From an archaeon (lineage in GTDB: Archaea; Aenigmatarchaeota; Aenigmatarchaeia; CG10238-14; SCSR01), in contig DATEAB010000045.1 in NCBI GenBank assembly GCA_035288545.1, forward strand, positions 1,329 through 65,328: a DNA stretch of 64,000 nucleotides, written 5' to 3'. The notes beneath the pieces are model-generated. The model saw only the letters and a list, made by a program, of their open reading frames with translations, did not search any database and was not told where the DNA came from. Each line of letters starts with the position of its first letter. Position 1 is the first letter of the stretch. Positions 1-9,767 of this stretch are shown one piece after another. The position numbers and the translations under genes are program-made.

Positions 1-581
1 CTAAAGCTAAATACGATGCAGAAGTCGCAGAACTTTGGTTTGGAAGCGACGTCGCACCAGGAAATTTTGCATGGGTCGTGCCTGAGAGCGAAACTGTTGC
101 ACGTGTGGGACTGATGACGAACGATCATCCACGCGCTTTTTTTGAGAAGTTTTTCGAAAAGCGAATCGGCTATCCGCTTGCTGAAGTAAATGGCAACATT
201 ACCGACCGCTTGGGCGACACTATCCGTTACGGCCTCATAGAGAAATCTGTTGCAGACCATGTTTTGCTTGTCGGAGATGCGGCAGCTCAGGTCAAACCCT
301 TCAGTGCAGGTGGCCTTGTATACGGTCAGATCGGCGCTAGTTACGCCGGAGATGCGATTGTCAGAGCTCTGCAGGAAAACAATTTTTCTGAGAAGTTTCT
401 GATGGAAAATTACGAGAAGAAATGGAAGACGGAGCTTGGCAAAGGAATTAAGAAGGGTTTGATGTTCAAGAAAATTTTCGAGAAGATTCAAGACAGACCA
501 GTTCTTTTCAGCTTGATGCGCAAGACCGGAATCGCTAACTTTGCGGCTTTCTTCGACGCTGACTTCATCGGTAAAGATTGA
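1..581 (+). CDS. Geranylgeranyl reductase family FAD-dependent oxidoreductase (5' truncated by window edge)
   Basis: Frame is open from nt 3. Translation ...AEVAELWFGSDVAPGNFAWVVPE...LLVGDAAAQVKPFSAGGLVYG matches the GGR / digeranylgeranylglycerophospholipid reductase signature. The track's 78..581 begins at an internal GTG. Confidence 0.6.
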   Translation, partial: KAKYDAEVAELWFGSDVAPGNFAWVVPESETVARVGLMTNDHPRAFFEKFFEKRIGYPLAEVNGNITDRLGDTIRYGLIEKSVADHVLLVGDAAAQVKPFSAGGLVYGQIGASYAGDAIVRALQENNFSEKFLMENYEKKWKTELGKGIKKGLMFKKIFEKIQDRPVLFSLMRKTGIANFAAFFDADFIGKD

Positions 582-930
582 GAGTTGCAAGCTTGAACGC
601 TTTCAGCGACAACAGCGCGCATTTCAGCCTGACAGCAGTAACTTCAATTCCCAAAATCTTCAACACGTCATCTTTCTGCAAAGTCTTCAGCTCTTCAATT
701 GTCTTTCCCTTGATAAAATCAGCAAGCAGATCAGCTGACGCCTGAGAAATGCTGCACCCCTCGCCGGAGTATTTCACATCAAAAACTCTTCCCTCTTCTA
801 TTTTCAGTTGCATCTTTATCCTGTCTCCGCAAATCGGATTCATGTCCTCGGCTTCCGCGTTTGCTCCTTTCAATTCTCCAAAATTTCTAGGATTTTTATA
901 ACGATCGATTATTTGTTCTGTATAAAGCAT
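565..930 (-). CDS. sufU: SufU/IscU-type Fe-S cluster scaffold protein
   Basis: NPICGDRIKMQL...EGEGCSISQASADLL...LKCALLSLKAF gives the three conserved Cys plus the SufU-type insertion. Lies directly downstream of sufS. Start placed at internal MLYTEQ (ATG 930, GAGGA upstream); the track's longer start at 969 would overlap sufS by 25 nt. Confidence 0.72.
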   Translation of the reverse strand: MLYTEQIIDRYKNPRNFGELKGANAEAEDMNPICGDRIKMQLKIEEGRVFDVKYSGEGCSISQASADLLADFIKGKTIEELKTLQKDDVLKILGIEVTAVRLKCALLSLKAFKLATLNLYR

Positions 931-943
931 TCGAAGTTCTTCC

Positions 944-2176
944 TCAGCCAAGCCGGAACACCTCTGCAACTTTCTTCAGTCCATTTACAAATGCATCGAT
1001 CTCTTCCTTTGTGTTGTAAATGTAGAAACTGGCGCGCGTAACATCGCTAACACCCAATCTTTTCAACAGAGGCTCGGCACACATGCGACCAGAACGAACG
1101 GCAATTCCCTCTCTGTTCAGAATATCAGCGACATCATGTGGATGAACGCCATCAAAAACAAACGAAATGACGCCACCGCGAATTTCCAAATCATGAGGAC
1201 CGAAAATTTTTATTCTTTTCACATTTTCCATTTCGTCCAGTGCGTATTTGGTCAATTCTTTTTCATGTTTTTGCACATTTTCCATTCCAATTTTATTCAA
1301 GTAATCAATTGCTGCACCAAGTCCAACAGCAGACGCAACGTCAGGAGTTCCTGCCTCCCATTTCCATGGCGCTTCGTTCCACTTTGCTTCATGCATCGAC
1401 ACCTGTTTGTTCATCTCCCCACCATACATGAACGGCTCGAGCATTTCTTGCACTTCTTTTTTCACATAGAGGCAACCAATTCCCATCGGAGCTAGCATCT
1501 TGTGGCCACTGAATGCAAGAAAGTCGCAATTTATTTTTTGCACGTTGACAGGAATGTGAGGAATTGATTGAGCTGCATCGACAAGAAAAAGAGAATTATT
1601 TTCATGAGCAATCTTCGCAATGTTTTCTACATCGTTAATCGTTCCAACAACGTTTGACTGATGTAAAACTGTAATAAGTCCTGTTCTTTCATTTACCAGT
1701 TTGTCGTATTGCTCCATCTTCAGCGTCCCGTCATCCTTTATGTCGATAAAATTAAGCTTTCCTCCTGCATTTCGTTCCCAGAATTGCCATGGCAGTATGT
1801 TGCTGTGGTGCTCCATAATCGTCGTTATTATTTCCCTGTTTTTTCCTAACTTGTTCATCGCATACGCATGCATGACAAGATTGATTGCTTCCGTGGTGTT
1901 GCGCGTGAAAATTATTTCCTCAGTATGTTTCGCATTGATGAATTTAGCGACTTTGCTCCTTGCTTCTTCATGCATCTCCGTCGCTTCGACAGACAAGTCG
2001 TAAATCGCTCGCTGCACGTTTGAGTTTGTGCTCCTGTAATACTCCTCAATTGCTTGTATGACCTGCATGGGTTTTTGGCTGGTTGACGTCGAGTCGAGGA
2101 AAATCAAATTCTTCCCGTGCATCTTTCTTTTCAAAATAGGGAAGTCTTCCCTCAAGCTTTCGAAGTTAACGCTCAT
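944..2176 (-). CDS. sufS: Cysteine desulfurase SufS (class V aminotransferase)
   Basis: 410 aa. N-terminal LREDFPIL...IFLDSTSTSQKP, the PLP-lysine region FLAFSGHKM, and the C-terminal RSGRMCAEP catalytic Cys loop are all present. 4-nt overlap with sufD. Confidence 0.9.
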   Translation of the reverse strand: MSVNFESLREDFPILKRKMHGKNLIFLDSTSTSQKPMQVIQAIEEYYRSTNSNVQRAIYDLSVEATEMHEEARSKVAKFINAKHTEEIIFTRNTTEAINLVMHAYAMNKLGKNREIITTIMEHHSNILPWQFWERNAGGKLNFIDIKDDGTLKMEQYDKLVNERTGLITVLHQSNVVGTINDVENIAKIAHENNSLFLVDAAQSIPHIPVNVQKINCDFLAFSGHKMLAPMGIGCLYVKKEVQEMLEPFMYGGEMNKQVSMHEAKWNEAPWKWEAGTPDVASAVGLGAAIDYLNKIGMENVQKHEKELTKYALDEMENVKRIKIFGPHDLEIRGGVISFVFDGVHPHDVADILNREGIAVRSGRMCAEPLLKRLGVSDVTRASFYIYNTKEEIDAFVNGLKKVAEVFRLG

Positions 2177-3297
2177 TCCGACAACCTTTGACCAATCACT
2201 TGCTGATATCTATTTCTCACTTCATCGTTTAGTATCTTTTGCAACACTGGCTCGAAAAATCCGCTTACAATTAATTTTTCTGCTTCCTTCTCACTCAATC
2301 CTCTGCTTGTAAGGTAAAACATTTGCTCTTTGTCAAGTTGACCGATTGTCGCGCCATGCGTCGCCCGAACATCATTGGCTTCGATTTGAAGACTTGGAAT
2401 CGAATTTGCTGTCGCATTTTTATTTAAAATAAGAGTATGATCTGCAAGATATGAATCGGTTTTCTGCGCAGGTTTTTCTATTCGTATTAGACCGCGAAAG
2501 ACGGACGATGACGAATCTTTCATGACTCCTTTTGCCAAAATGTTATTTGTTGTATGCGGAACGATGTGTTGAGCGATTGTTGTGATGTCAATATGCTGTT
2601 TGCCACTGCCGAAGAAGACTGCAATATTTTCTGACTGGGCTCCCTCTCCTTCTAACTTTGTTTCAATCTTCCATCTGCTGAACTGACCGCCGAAGCATCC
2701 AAAATTCCAATCACAAACTGCATACCGTCTAAGTGCTGCTGATTTGTAAGACAGATGATAGACGTCTTGAGGAAAATCCTGGAAAGATTGAAAGTTAATT
2801 TGAGAATTCTCTGCCGCGAAAATTTCTGTTGCGTCTACAACAAATCCGTTTCCTTGCTCGTAATTTTCAAAATAATTTAACTTCGCCCCTTCCTCGAGAA
2901 CAATAATGTTGTGAATTGCTGAGTTGGTTGCCGAAATGTTTAATTTTAGAGTTGCTGATGAATTTTTCGGCAAGAACAAGAGTAAACCATCGCCAATGTT
3001 TGCGTAATGTGCCGAGATTAACTTGTCTTTATTTAGCGAAATAATCTTTCCAAGGTAATTTTTTGCAATTTCAAAATTTTTGTTTATGTTAGTTGCGATG
3101 ACAGCTTTAGAATTTGTCTCCAACTTGAAACTAATTTCTGATTTTCCTTCTAGATTTATCTGTTCCAGCTGTTTCAGAAACTTGTAATCTATGTAACGCC
3201 ACTCTTCGTCTTTCGCGGTCGGAAATTTTTGTATCTGAAATTCTTTTCTTGCATTTTCTCGAAATTCTTCTAGCCAAACATCTGATGACACAACCAT
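2173..3297 (-). CDS. sufD: Fe-S cluster assembly protein SufD
   Basis: 374 aa. C-terminal beta-helix region ANDVRATHGATIGQLDKEQMFYLTSRGLSEKEA is typical of SufB/SufD. Positioned between sufB and sufS. Confidence 0.85.
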   Translation of the reverse strand: MVVSSDVWLEEFRENARKEFQIQKFPTAKDEEWRYIDYKFLKQLEQINLEGKSEISFKLETNSKAVIATNINKNFEIAKNYLGKIISLNKDKLISAHYANIGDGLLLFLPKNSSATLKLNISATNSAIHNIIVLEEGAKLNYFENYEQGNGFVVDATEIFAAENSQINFQSFQDFPQDVYHLSYKSAALRRYAVCDWNFGCFGGQFSRWKIETKLEGEGAQSENIAVFFGSGKQHIDITTIAQHIVPHTTNNILAKGVMKDSSSSVFRGLIRIEKPAQKTDSYLADHTLILNKNATANSIPSLQIEANDVRATHGATIGQLDKEQMFYLTSRGLSEKEAEKLIVSGFFEPVLQKILNDEVRNRYQQVIGQRLSE

Positions 3298-3323
3298 CTC
3301 ATCTCACCAATTTTTTTTCAAAA

Positions 3324-4760
3324 TTAGCCAACTGATCCTTCCATTTCTATCTCAATAAGGCGGTTCATTTCGACAGCGTAATCCAGTGGCAAATGCTTTG
3401 TGAATTCCTCGATGAAGCCGCGGACAATCATAGACATAGCCTCGTTTTCCTTCAATCCTCTGCTCATCAGATAGAAAAGTTGCTCCTCGCTGATTTTTCC
3501 GACTGTTGCCTCGTGCTGTATTGTGACATCCTTTTCATCAATTTCCATGTATGGAATTGTATCGCTTGCTGACTGCTCATCGAGAATAAGCGCGTCGCAG
3601 CGAACATTGCTCTTCACTCCAGTCGCTCCTCGCCTGACCTTGACAAGCCCGCGGTATGTTGTGCGGCCTCCGTCTTTGCTGATTGATTTTGAAGTGATGA
3701 TTGATTTTGTGTTAGGTGCGAGATGGACTGCCTTAGCTCCCGAGTCGATATGCTGCCCGCGACTGGCAAACGCGACTGACAAAATCTCGCCTTTCGCTCC
3801 CTCGCCAAGCAAGAACACCGACGGATATTTCATCGTGACCTTGCTGCCGATGTTGCAGTCAATCCAAAAGACTGTCGAGTTGTCGTAGGCGAACGCCCGC
3901 TTTGTGACGAGATTGAATACATCACTGGACCAGTTTTGAATTGTCGTGTACTGGATGCGCGAGCCTGGCATCGCAATAATTTCAACCACGGCCGCATGCA
4001 ACGAATCGGTCGAATATACAGGAGCGGTGCAGCTTTCCAAATAATGGACTGACGAATTTTTCTCGGCGATGATGAGCGTGCGTTCGAACTGGCCCATGCG
4101 CGCGGCGTTTATTCTGAAATAAGCCTGAAGCGGCAGCTCAATCTTCACGCCTTCGGGAACGTAGAGAAAACTTCCGCCCGACCAGACTGCCGAGTTGAGA
4201 GCCGCGAACTTGTTGTCTGTGAAAGGAACGACAGTACTGAAAAACTTCCGCACGACGTCTTCATGCTCGCGAAGGCCAGAATCCATGTCAGTGAAAATAA
4301 CTCCCTGCTTCGTCAGCTTGTCCTGAATACTGTGATAAACCGTTTCGCTCTCGTACATCGCGCCGCTGCCTGCCAAAAATTTGCGTTCGGCCTCCGGAAT
4401 TCCGAGTCTGTCAAAAGTTTTTCGTATCGTCTCTGGAACTTCTTCCCATGTCTTCGCCTTCTTTTCTGTCGGCTTTATGTAGTAAGTGAAATCGTCAAAA
4501 TTTATTTTTGAAATGTCAGCCCCCCACACCGGCATCGGTCTTGACTTGAAGTGCTCGAATGCTTTCAGCCGAAACTCAGTCATCCACTTCGGCTCGCCTT
4601 TGATTTTAGAAATTTCCTCGACAATTTCCGCGCTAAGACCTTTAGGTGTTCTGTAAACGTACTGCTCTGGATCTTTGAAACCATACTTGCTATAATCTTT
4701 TTCTAAAAGTAATTTCTGTTTTTGCGCCGCATCTGACAAAACTTTTTCTTTACTTCCCAT
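3324..4760 (-). CDS. sufB: Fe-S cluster assembly protein SufB
   Basis: 478 aa. Conserved SufB C-terminus (...[24 protein letters not shown]...). Overlaps the sufC end by 11 nt. Confidence 0.9.
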   Translation of the reverse strand: MGSKEKVLSDAAQKQKLLLEKDYSKYGFKDPEQYVYRTPKGLSAEIVEEISKIKGEPKWMTEFRLKAFEHFKSRPMPVWGADISKINFDDFTYYIKPTEKKAKTWEEVPETIRKTFDRLGIPEAERKFLAGSGAMYESETVYHSIQDKLTKQGVIFTDMDSGLREHEDVVRKFFSTVVPFTDNKFAALNSAVWSGGSFLYVPEGVKIELPLQAYFRINAARMGQFERTLIIAEKNSSVHYLESCTAPVYSTDSLHAAVVEIIAMPGSRIQYTTIQNWSSDVFNLVTKRAFAYDNSTVFWIDCNIGSKVTMKYPSVFLLGEGAKGEILSVAFASRGQHIDSGAKAVHLAPNTKSIITSKSISKDGGRTTYRGLVKVRRGATGVKSNVRCDALILDEQSASDTIPYMEIDEKDVTIQHEATVGKISEEQLFYLMSRGLKENEAMSMIVRGFIEEFTKHLPLDYAVEMNRLIEIEMEGSVG

Positions 4761-5532
4761 TTAATTCACCAAATTCGCCATATCCCTTTGCTTCAATCTC
4801 ATCAGCCAGCGATGCATCGCCAGTCTTAACAATTTGTCCATCGACTAAAATGTGAACATAGTGCGGGCGAATGTGCTGCAGAATCCTGTTGTAATGCGTG
4901 ATTAGAAGAATTCCGCTATTGCCTTCCTCGAAAATTTTGTTCATACCATTCGCGATAATTTTCAGCGAGTCGATGTCCGCTCCCGAATCAGCTTCGTCAA
5001 TGACAGCGACCTTCGGTTTCAGCACTGCCATTTGTAAAATTTCTGCCTTCTTCTTCTCCCCTCCAGAAAATCCCTCGTTAAGGTAGCGCCGCGCGAATGT
5101 GTCGTCCATCTGCAGCATCTTCATCTTCTCGCTTAGCAGTTTGGAAAATTCCAAAATGTTGATGAACTCTTCCTTCTTCGTGTCTGGTTTGCCGCCGAAC
5201 TTCAGCGACGTGTAGGCCGTTCGCAGGAAGTTAAACACGCTGACGCCTGGCACAGCGTACGGATATTGGAACGCGAGAAAAAGACCGAGCTTCGCCCTCT
5301 CGTGCGGCTTCATTTGTAAAATGTTTTTTCCCTCGAATAGTATCTCTCCGCTCTCGATTTTGTAATTCGGATGACCCATAAGCGTCATTGCCAGCGACGA
5401 CTTGCCGCTTCCATTCGGCCCCATTAGCGCGTGGATTTCACCCCTGCTTATCGTCAAATTAATTCCTTTCAGAATTTCCTTTCCTTCAATGCTGACATGA
5501 AGATTTTTTATCTCAAGAGTCACAAATTTCAC
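4750..5532 (-). CDS. sufC: Fe-S cluster assembly ATPase SufC (ABC-type)
   Basis: 260 aa. Walker [14 protein letters not shown] signature LSGGEKKK, Walker [11 protein letters not shown]. First gene of the minus-strand suf operon. Confidence 0.9.
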   Translation of the reverse strand: MKFVTLEIKNLHVSIEGKEILKGINLTISRGEIHALMGPNGSGKSSLAMTLMGHPNYKIESGEILFEGKNILQMKPHERAKLGLFLAFQYPYAVPGVSVFNFLRTAYTSLKFGGKPDTKKEEFINILEFSKLLSEKMKMLQMDDTFARRYLNEGFSGGEKKKAEILQMAVLKPKVAVIDEADSGADIDSLKIIANGMNKIFEEGNSGILLITHYNRILQHIRPHYVHILVDGQIVKTGDASLADEIEAKGYGEFGELNGK

Positions 5533-5595
5533 CTATATACTATAACAGCGTTATGATTTATATATTTTAAAGACGAAAAATAATAAAAGATAATC

Positions 5596-6192
5596 ATGAA
5601 AAAATTCGAACTTCCCCCCTTGCCTTATGCTTACGATGCGCTTGAACCGCACATCTCGAAGGAAATTATGACTCTTCATCACGACAAACATCACCAGGCT
5701 TACGTTAACGGGGCAAATGCCGCGCTGGAAAAGCTGGAAAAGTCGAGAAAAGGTGAAATGGAAATTGATTACAAAGCAACTGCTCGCGATCTTAGTTTTA
5801 ACTTGGCAGGCCATAACTTGCACGCAATGTTCTGGCCAAATATGGGACCAAACAAGGGAGGAACTCCAGGAGGAAAAATTGCTGATCAGATAAACAAGGA
5901 CTTTAGCAGCTTCACTGCATTTGCAAAGGAATTCAGTTCTGTCGCGAAAACTGTGGAAGGAAATGGATGGGCTGTTCTAGCTTTTGATGTCAGCACCCAG
6001 CAGCTTTTCGTCGTGCAGCTTGAGAAGCACAACGTCGCAGCAATTCCCGGACTGCGACCGGTTCTTGTGCTTGATGTATGGGAACATGCATACTATCTCG
6101 ATTACAAAAACGATCGTGCGAAGTATGTTGACACATGGTGGAACGTCGTTAACTGGGACGATGTCGAGAAAAGATTTGCTGAAGTCGTTTAA
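5596..6192 (+). CDS. sod: Fe/Mn superoxide dismutase
   Basis: 198 aa. HHDKHHQAYVNGAN near the N-terminus and DVWEHAYYLDYKNDRAKYV near the C-terminus are the metal-binding signatures of Fe/Mn SODs. Divergent from the suf operon across an AT-rich promoter region. Confidence 0.9.
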   Translation: MKKFELPPLPYAYDALEPHISKEIMTLHHDKHHQAYVNGANAALEKLEKSRKGEMEIDYKATARDLSFNLAGHNLHAMFWPNMGPNKGGTPGGKIADQINKDFSSFTAFAKEFSSVAKTVEGNGWAVLAFDVSTQQLFVVQLEKHNVAAIPGLRPVLVLDVWEHAYYLDYKNDRAKYVDTWWNVVNWDDVEKRFAEVV

Positions 6193-6224
6193 AGTATTTT
6201 TGCCTTTACTTTCATTCTATTCAT

Positions 6225-7904
6225 ATGGAACTACTTGCCGGGAAAAATATTGCAATATTTTTCTTCGCCGCTGTAATTCTTGCAGTCAATATCTTCGTTT
6301 TCTATTCGCCGATTCTGAGATATGGCTATGCGACTGGCTGGCTAGATGCCAACGACCACACATACGCGATCAAACTGTTGTTCATTGATCCGGCTCTGTC
6401 TCTGAAATCTATTTTCTCTCTGACAACCTTGTGTGATCCTTTTCCTAAAGACGAATGCAAGCTCCTAGCCAGTAGCACAAATCCGCCGACATTTTACCTC
6501 ATCGGGGGATTGGTAAGCGCGTTGCCGATAAAGGATGTAAATGTTGGTTATGCTACAACGACTATACTTCTCTCCTTGGCATCCATTGCACTTTTTTTTA
6601 TACTTTATTCTCTAACCAAAAACTTGCTATTGAGCTTCCTGCCCTCTGCAGCGTTTGGAATCAACATAATTCTGCTTTGGGGTCTGCAACAAGGGCTCTA
6701 CACTGCTTTAATCGGCACGCTGTTCTTTCCTCTTGCAGTTTACTTTTTCTACAAATCTCTGAAGGAGCAGACAAGGAAAAATTTCGCATACCTTCTTGTG
6801 GCAATCACATTTCTGAATCTTTCAACCCTTTATTATTTAATTCCGTTTGCAATTTCTGCAGCGGTCTTGATTCTTTTCTTGACTTTACGAGATAGAACTT
6901 TCGTGAAAAATTATTTTGCTAGTTTTTTTGGAATATTCAAGGAGAAAAAATATTGGCTACTGTTGATTTTGAATTTATTTTATTTCATTCGAGCTTTTTT
7001 CGCTTTCCGTGAAGCTATTTTTAGAGGTTTTGAAGGAACTTCTATGGAAGTTCTACAGGTTGCTGCCCAGGTTAATTACGTTGGCTCGCTTGAAACATTA
7101 TTCGTGATGCTTCCTAACTTATTCTATCCATTTATGGTAATTGCAATCGTGCTTTCGGGTTACACGCTGCTAAAAATTTTGCGAAAGAAGGATCAACTTG
7201 AGTTGAATGAGTTTTCATTTTTGGTTTTGTATACTATTGGCCCTTTACTGGTTATTTATTTTCCAATTTTGATGGCAAAATATTTTCCTTCTATAAATTT
7301 CTTGACTGTTTATGTAGCTGATCATATTCTAAAGTCAATCAATCTTCTCACTCATCTCTTCCTCATCTCTTTTGCCTTTTTATTTTATTTCTTATTCAAA
7401 AAATTCGGCTCATCTCTAGGCAAGCAAATCATTCTCTACATCATGATCATCGGATTGATTTATCTGGCTTACAAATCGATTGCAAATCCTATCAACATAA
7501 TTTCTGGCGAGAACTATGAATTTGGTTATTACAGAACTCCTTCAGGTAAAATCGTTCAGGTTGGTGAATATGGCAGACTATTTGCGACTTTCATTGACAG
7601 ACAGCCTTCACTAAACGATAACAAGTATGTTGCAATGGAATTCATACGGACAGAATCACCACAAAATGCGAAAATTCTCATTATGCATCCGCAATATAGT
7701 TTTGAAAGTTTCTTTTTGCGCGACTATGAACTTATTACAAAAGCAAATACTACTGTTGAAGAATTGGATGAAATGGGGATCAACTCAAATTACGATTATG
7801 TTCTTATGTCTACGGAATTTGTCGATCTTCGAAATTATTTCATTACCAAAAATTATAATTCTGTTTATAGCAATCCGGAAATAAGCATACTGGCAAGGAC
7901 TTAA
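6225..7904 (+). CDS. Polytopic integral membrane protein, possibly a GT-C-type glycosyltransferase (unassigned)
   Basis: 559 aa with at least 10 predicted hydrophobic helices. First extracytoplasmic loop has WLDANDHTY (acidic DxD-like), as in GT-C enzymes. No specific family recognised. Confidence 0.35.
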   Translation: MELLAGKNIAIFFFAAVILAVNIFVFYSPILRYGYATGWLDANDHTYAIKLLFIDPALSLKSIFSLTTLCDPFPKDECKLLASSTNPPTFYLIGGLVSALPIKDVNVGYATTTILLSLASIALFFILYSLTKNLLLSFLPSAAFGINIILLWGLQQGLYTALIGTLFFPLAVYFFYKSLKEQTRKNFAYLLVAITFLNLSTLYYLIPFAISAAVLILFLTLRDRTFVKNYFASFFGIFKEKKYWLLLILNLFYFIRAFFAFREAIFRGFEGTSMEVLQVAAQVNYVGSLETLFVMLPNLFYPFMVIAIVLSGYTLLKILRKKDQLELNEFSFLVLYTIGPLLVIYFPILMAKYFPSINFLTVYVADHILKSINLLTHLFLISFAFLFYFLFKKFGSSLGKQIILYIMIIGLIYLAYKSIANPINIISGENYEFGYYRTPSGKIVQVGEYGRLFATFIDRQPSLNDNKYVAMEFIRTESPQNAKILIMHPQYSFESFFLRDYELITKANTTVEELDEMGINSNYDYVLMSTEFVDLRNYFITKNYNSVYSNPEISILART

Positions 7905-7906
7905 CA

Positions 7907-8218
7907 TTAAACTTTTACAAAAACATCTTTTCCTTCAATCTTCACTTCAAAGGTCTCTTGGCCTAGCCCCCAGGGAGTTTCTTTGAAGCCGTTGCCGTTC
8001 CTCACGTCGTACTTGGCTCCATGGCAGGGACAAGTGATGACGAATCCTTCCAAATCTCCGTCCGATATCGAGCATTGTTCATGAGAACAAACATCTTCAA
8101 GCGCGTAAATTTTCCCGCTGACGTTGGTAAGCATGATTTCAATTCCATTCACATCAACCTTCATCTTCCTACCTTCAGAAATCTTGTCTGTCGTCGCGAC
8201 TTTCACAAAATCTGCCAT
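7907..8218 (-). CDS. Rieske [2Fe-2S] domain protein
   Basis: 103 aa. CSHEQCS...CPCHGAKY = CxH(x15-17)CxxH Rieske cluster-binding boxes. Confidence 0.75.
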   Translation of the reverse strand: MADFVKVATTDKISEGRKMKVDVNGIEIMLTNVSGKIYALEDVCSHEQCSISDGDLEGFVITCPCHGAKYDVRNGNGFKETPWGLGQETFEVKIEGKDVFVKV

Positions 8219-8221
8219 AAA

Positions 8222-8509
8222 TTATTTCACCAATTTCTCTATTTTGTCCGCTAAATTGAAATCTTTTTCCGTCAGCCTGCCCTCGTCGTGCGTTGTCAAG
8301 TTCAGCTGCACCGTATCGTACTTGATCAGGATATCTGGATGATGATTGCTGTTTTCCGCTACAGCAGCGACTCGTGTGACGAACCACATCGCTTCAATGA
8401 AGGTTCTGAATTTGAAAACTTTCCAAATCTCTTTTCCCTTCAGCTTCCATCCTTGCAATTTTTTCAATTCTTCATTAATTTGTTTTTTTCCGTATCTCAT
8501 GAGAGCCAC
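8222..8509 (-). CDS. Pterin-4a-carbinolamine dehydratase (PCD/DCoH)
   Basis: 95 aa. FKFRTFIEAMWFVTRVAAVAENSNHHPDILIKYDTVQLNLTTHDEG matches the PCD fold signature (E...HHP...W). Confidence 0.78.
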   Translation of the reverse strand: MALMRYGKKQINEELKKLQGWKLKGKEIWKVFKFRTFIEAMWFVTRVAAVAENSNHHPDILIKYDTVQLNLTTHDEGRLTEKDFNLADKIEKLVK

Positions 8510-8615
8510 AGGTGGGAATTGAACCCACGACCTTCCGCTTACATTCCGCTCGATTTCTCGATGGGCGGGTGCTCTTTGTTGCGTTTTTTCAACGAACCAA
8601 CTGAGCTACTGTGGC
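8504..8615 (-). tRNA. tRNA with apparent insertions in the D-loop (~20 nt) and anticodon region (~19 nt); anticodon not resolved
   Basis: Minus-strand read: GCCACAG-TA-GCTCAGTTGGT[TCGTTGAAAAAACGCAACAA]AGAGC-A-CCCGCCCATCGAGAAATCGAGCGGAATGTAAGCGGA-AGGTC-GTGGGTTCAATTCCCAC-CTGTGGC-T. Acceptor, D stem, T arm and discriminator are canonical. The anticodon arm cannot be folded without removing an insert. Confidence 0.5.
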
Positions 8616-8678
8616 ATGCTGGTAATTCTATCAACAACTCTACTTTATAAATTTTGCCTTTTATTGTATTGAGGTTAA

Positions 8679-9425
8679 GTGATTAGTATGCGGGCTGAAG
8701 GCGGGAAAGGTGAGAAAAGCAAGGGGAAATTCTGCCCCAGATGCGGACGTCATGCGGAAAAGTTTTACAACAATTTGTGCAAGAACTGCTTTCCCGAAAC
8801 TATAAGTTTGGCTGAAAAATTGCCAAGCAGGTTTGCTTTGCGCCAATGCAAAAACTGCGGAAGGATTTACGTCAACGATGACTTTGGGGAAACGATTGAA
8901 GGGGCGCTTGACATATTGTTGAGGGAGCTTTTGGCAGACAAAAAAATGCAGCCGTTGCATGCGGCTAGTTATCGAATTGAAGGTCGGCTTGTGCATGTTA
9001 CGCTTGTGATGAAGGTTGACGACGTGGAGAAGATTGAGAAGAAGGATGTTGAGCTTGTCGTCAAAACCATCTTGTGCGAGCGTTGCGCACGCGAGGGAAG
9101 CGGCTACTTCCAGTCGATAATGCAGCTGCGCGCGCCGACTAAGGAACTGACGGAAGCTCTGTTTGATGATGTACAGCAGCAAATTGAACTGATGAGTCAC
9201 TACGACCAGCATGCATTTATTTCTAAAATCGAAAGAAAGAAGGAAGGACTCGACCTGTACATAGGCAGCAAGAAAGTGACGATGCAAATATCTAAAAACA
9301 TTAAAAATAAATTTAACGCTAATGTCGTCGTGTCGAGAAAACTGGCTGGAAAGAAGCAGGGGCAAAAAGTTTATAGAGACACGGTGTTAGTAAGAATAGG
9401 AGAAAAGAAAAAGGGGCGCAGGTAA
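8679..9425 (+). CDS. Nmd3-like (COG1499-type) Zn-ribbon protein
   Basis: 248 aa with four CxxC pairs (CPRCG, CKNCF, CKNCG, CERCAR) arranged as in the Nmd3 N-terminal domain. The overlapping minus-strand ORF 8661..9365 looks antisense and low-complexity. Confidence 0.42.
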   Translation: MISMRAEGGKGEKSKGKFCPRCGRHAEKFYNNLCKNCFPETISLAEKLPSRFALRQCKNCGRIYVNDDFGETIEGALDILLRELLADKKMQPLHAASYRIEGRLVHVTLVMKVDDVEKIEKKDVELVVKTILCERCAREGSGYFQSIMQLRAPTKELTEALFDDVQQQIELMSHYDQHAFISKIERKKEGLDLYIGSKKVTMQISKNIKNKFNANVVVSRKLAGKKQGQKVYRDTVLVRIGEKKKGRR

Positions 9426-9428
9426 AAA

Positions 9429-9749
9429 ATGAAAAAGAAAATGGAAATGAGTCAGGAAGAGTTTGAAGTCTCTCGCATACGCATACCGCGGCAGGGAGAG
9501 GTGCTTGGAATCATCGAGATGATGGTTGGCGGAGACAAGATGCGGGCGAGATGCGACGATGGAAATGAGCGACTCGTAAGAATTCCAGGTAGATTGAGAA
9601 AACGTGTGTGGATGAGAGAGGGTGATTTGATTTTGATTGCGCCATGGAAAGTTCAGACCAACGAGCGTGGTGATGTGGCGTTTCGTTACACTTCTACTCA
9701 GGCGAATTGGCTGAAAAGAAAAGGTTTTATAAAATCAAATATTTTCTAG
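9429..9749 (+). CDS. eif1A: Translation initiation factor aIF-1A
   Basis: 106 aa. GEVLGIIEMMVGGDKMRARCDDGNERLVRIPGRLRKRVWMREGDLILIAPW is the S1-like OB fold of eIF-1A. Confidence 0.85.
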   Translation: MKKKMEMSQEEFEVSRIRIPRQGEVLGIIEMMVGGDKMRARCDDGNERLVRIPGRLRKRVWMREGDLILIAPWKVQTNERGDVAFRYTSTQANWLKRKGFIKSNIF

Positions 9750-9767
9750 AAGCAAGGTCAATATTAA

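Noticed and set aside
8661-9365. 234-aa minus-strand ORF overlapping the Nmd3-like gene
   Set aside because: Low-complexity L/F/H/Q-rich translation with no motifs. It is fully antisense to a plus-strand ORF that has four CxxC pairs and sits in a conserved eif1A-adjacent context, so it is treated as a shadow ORF.
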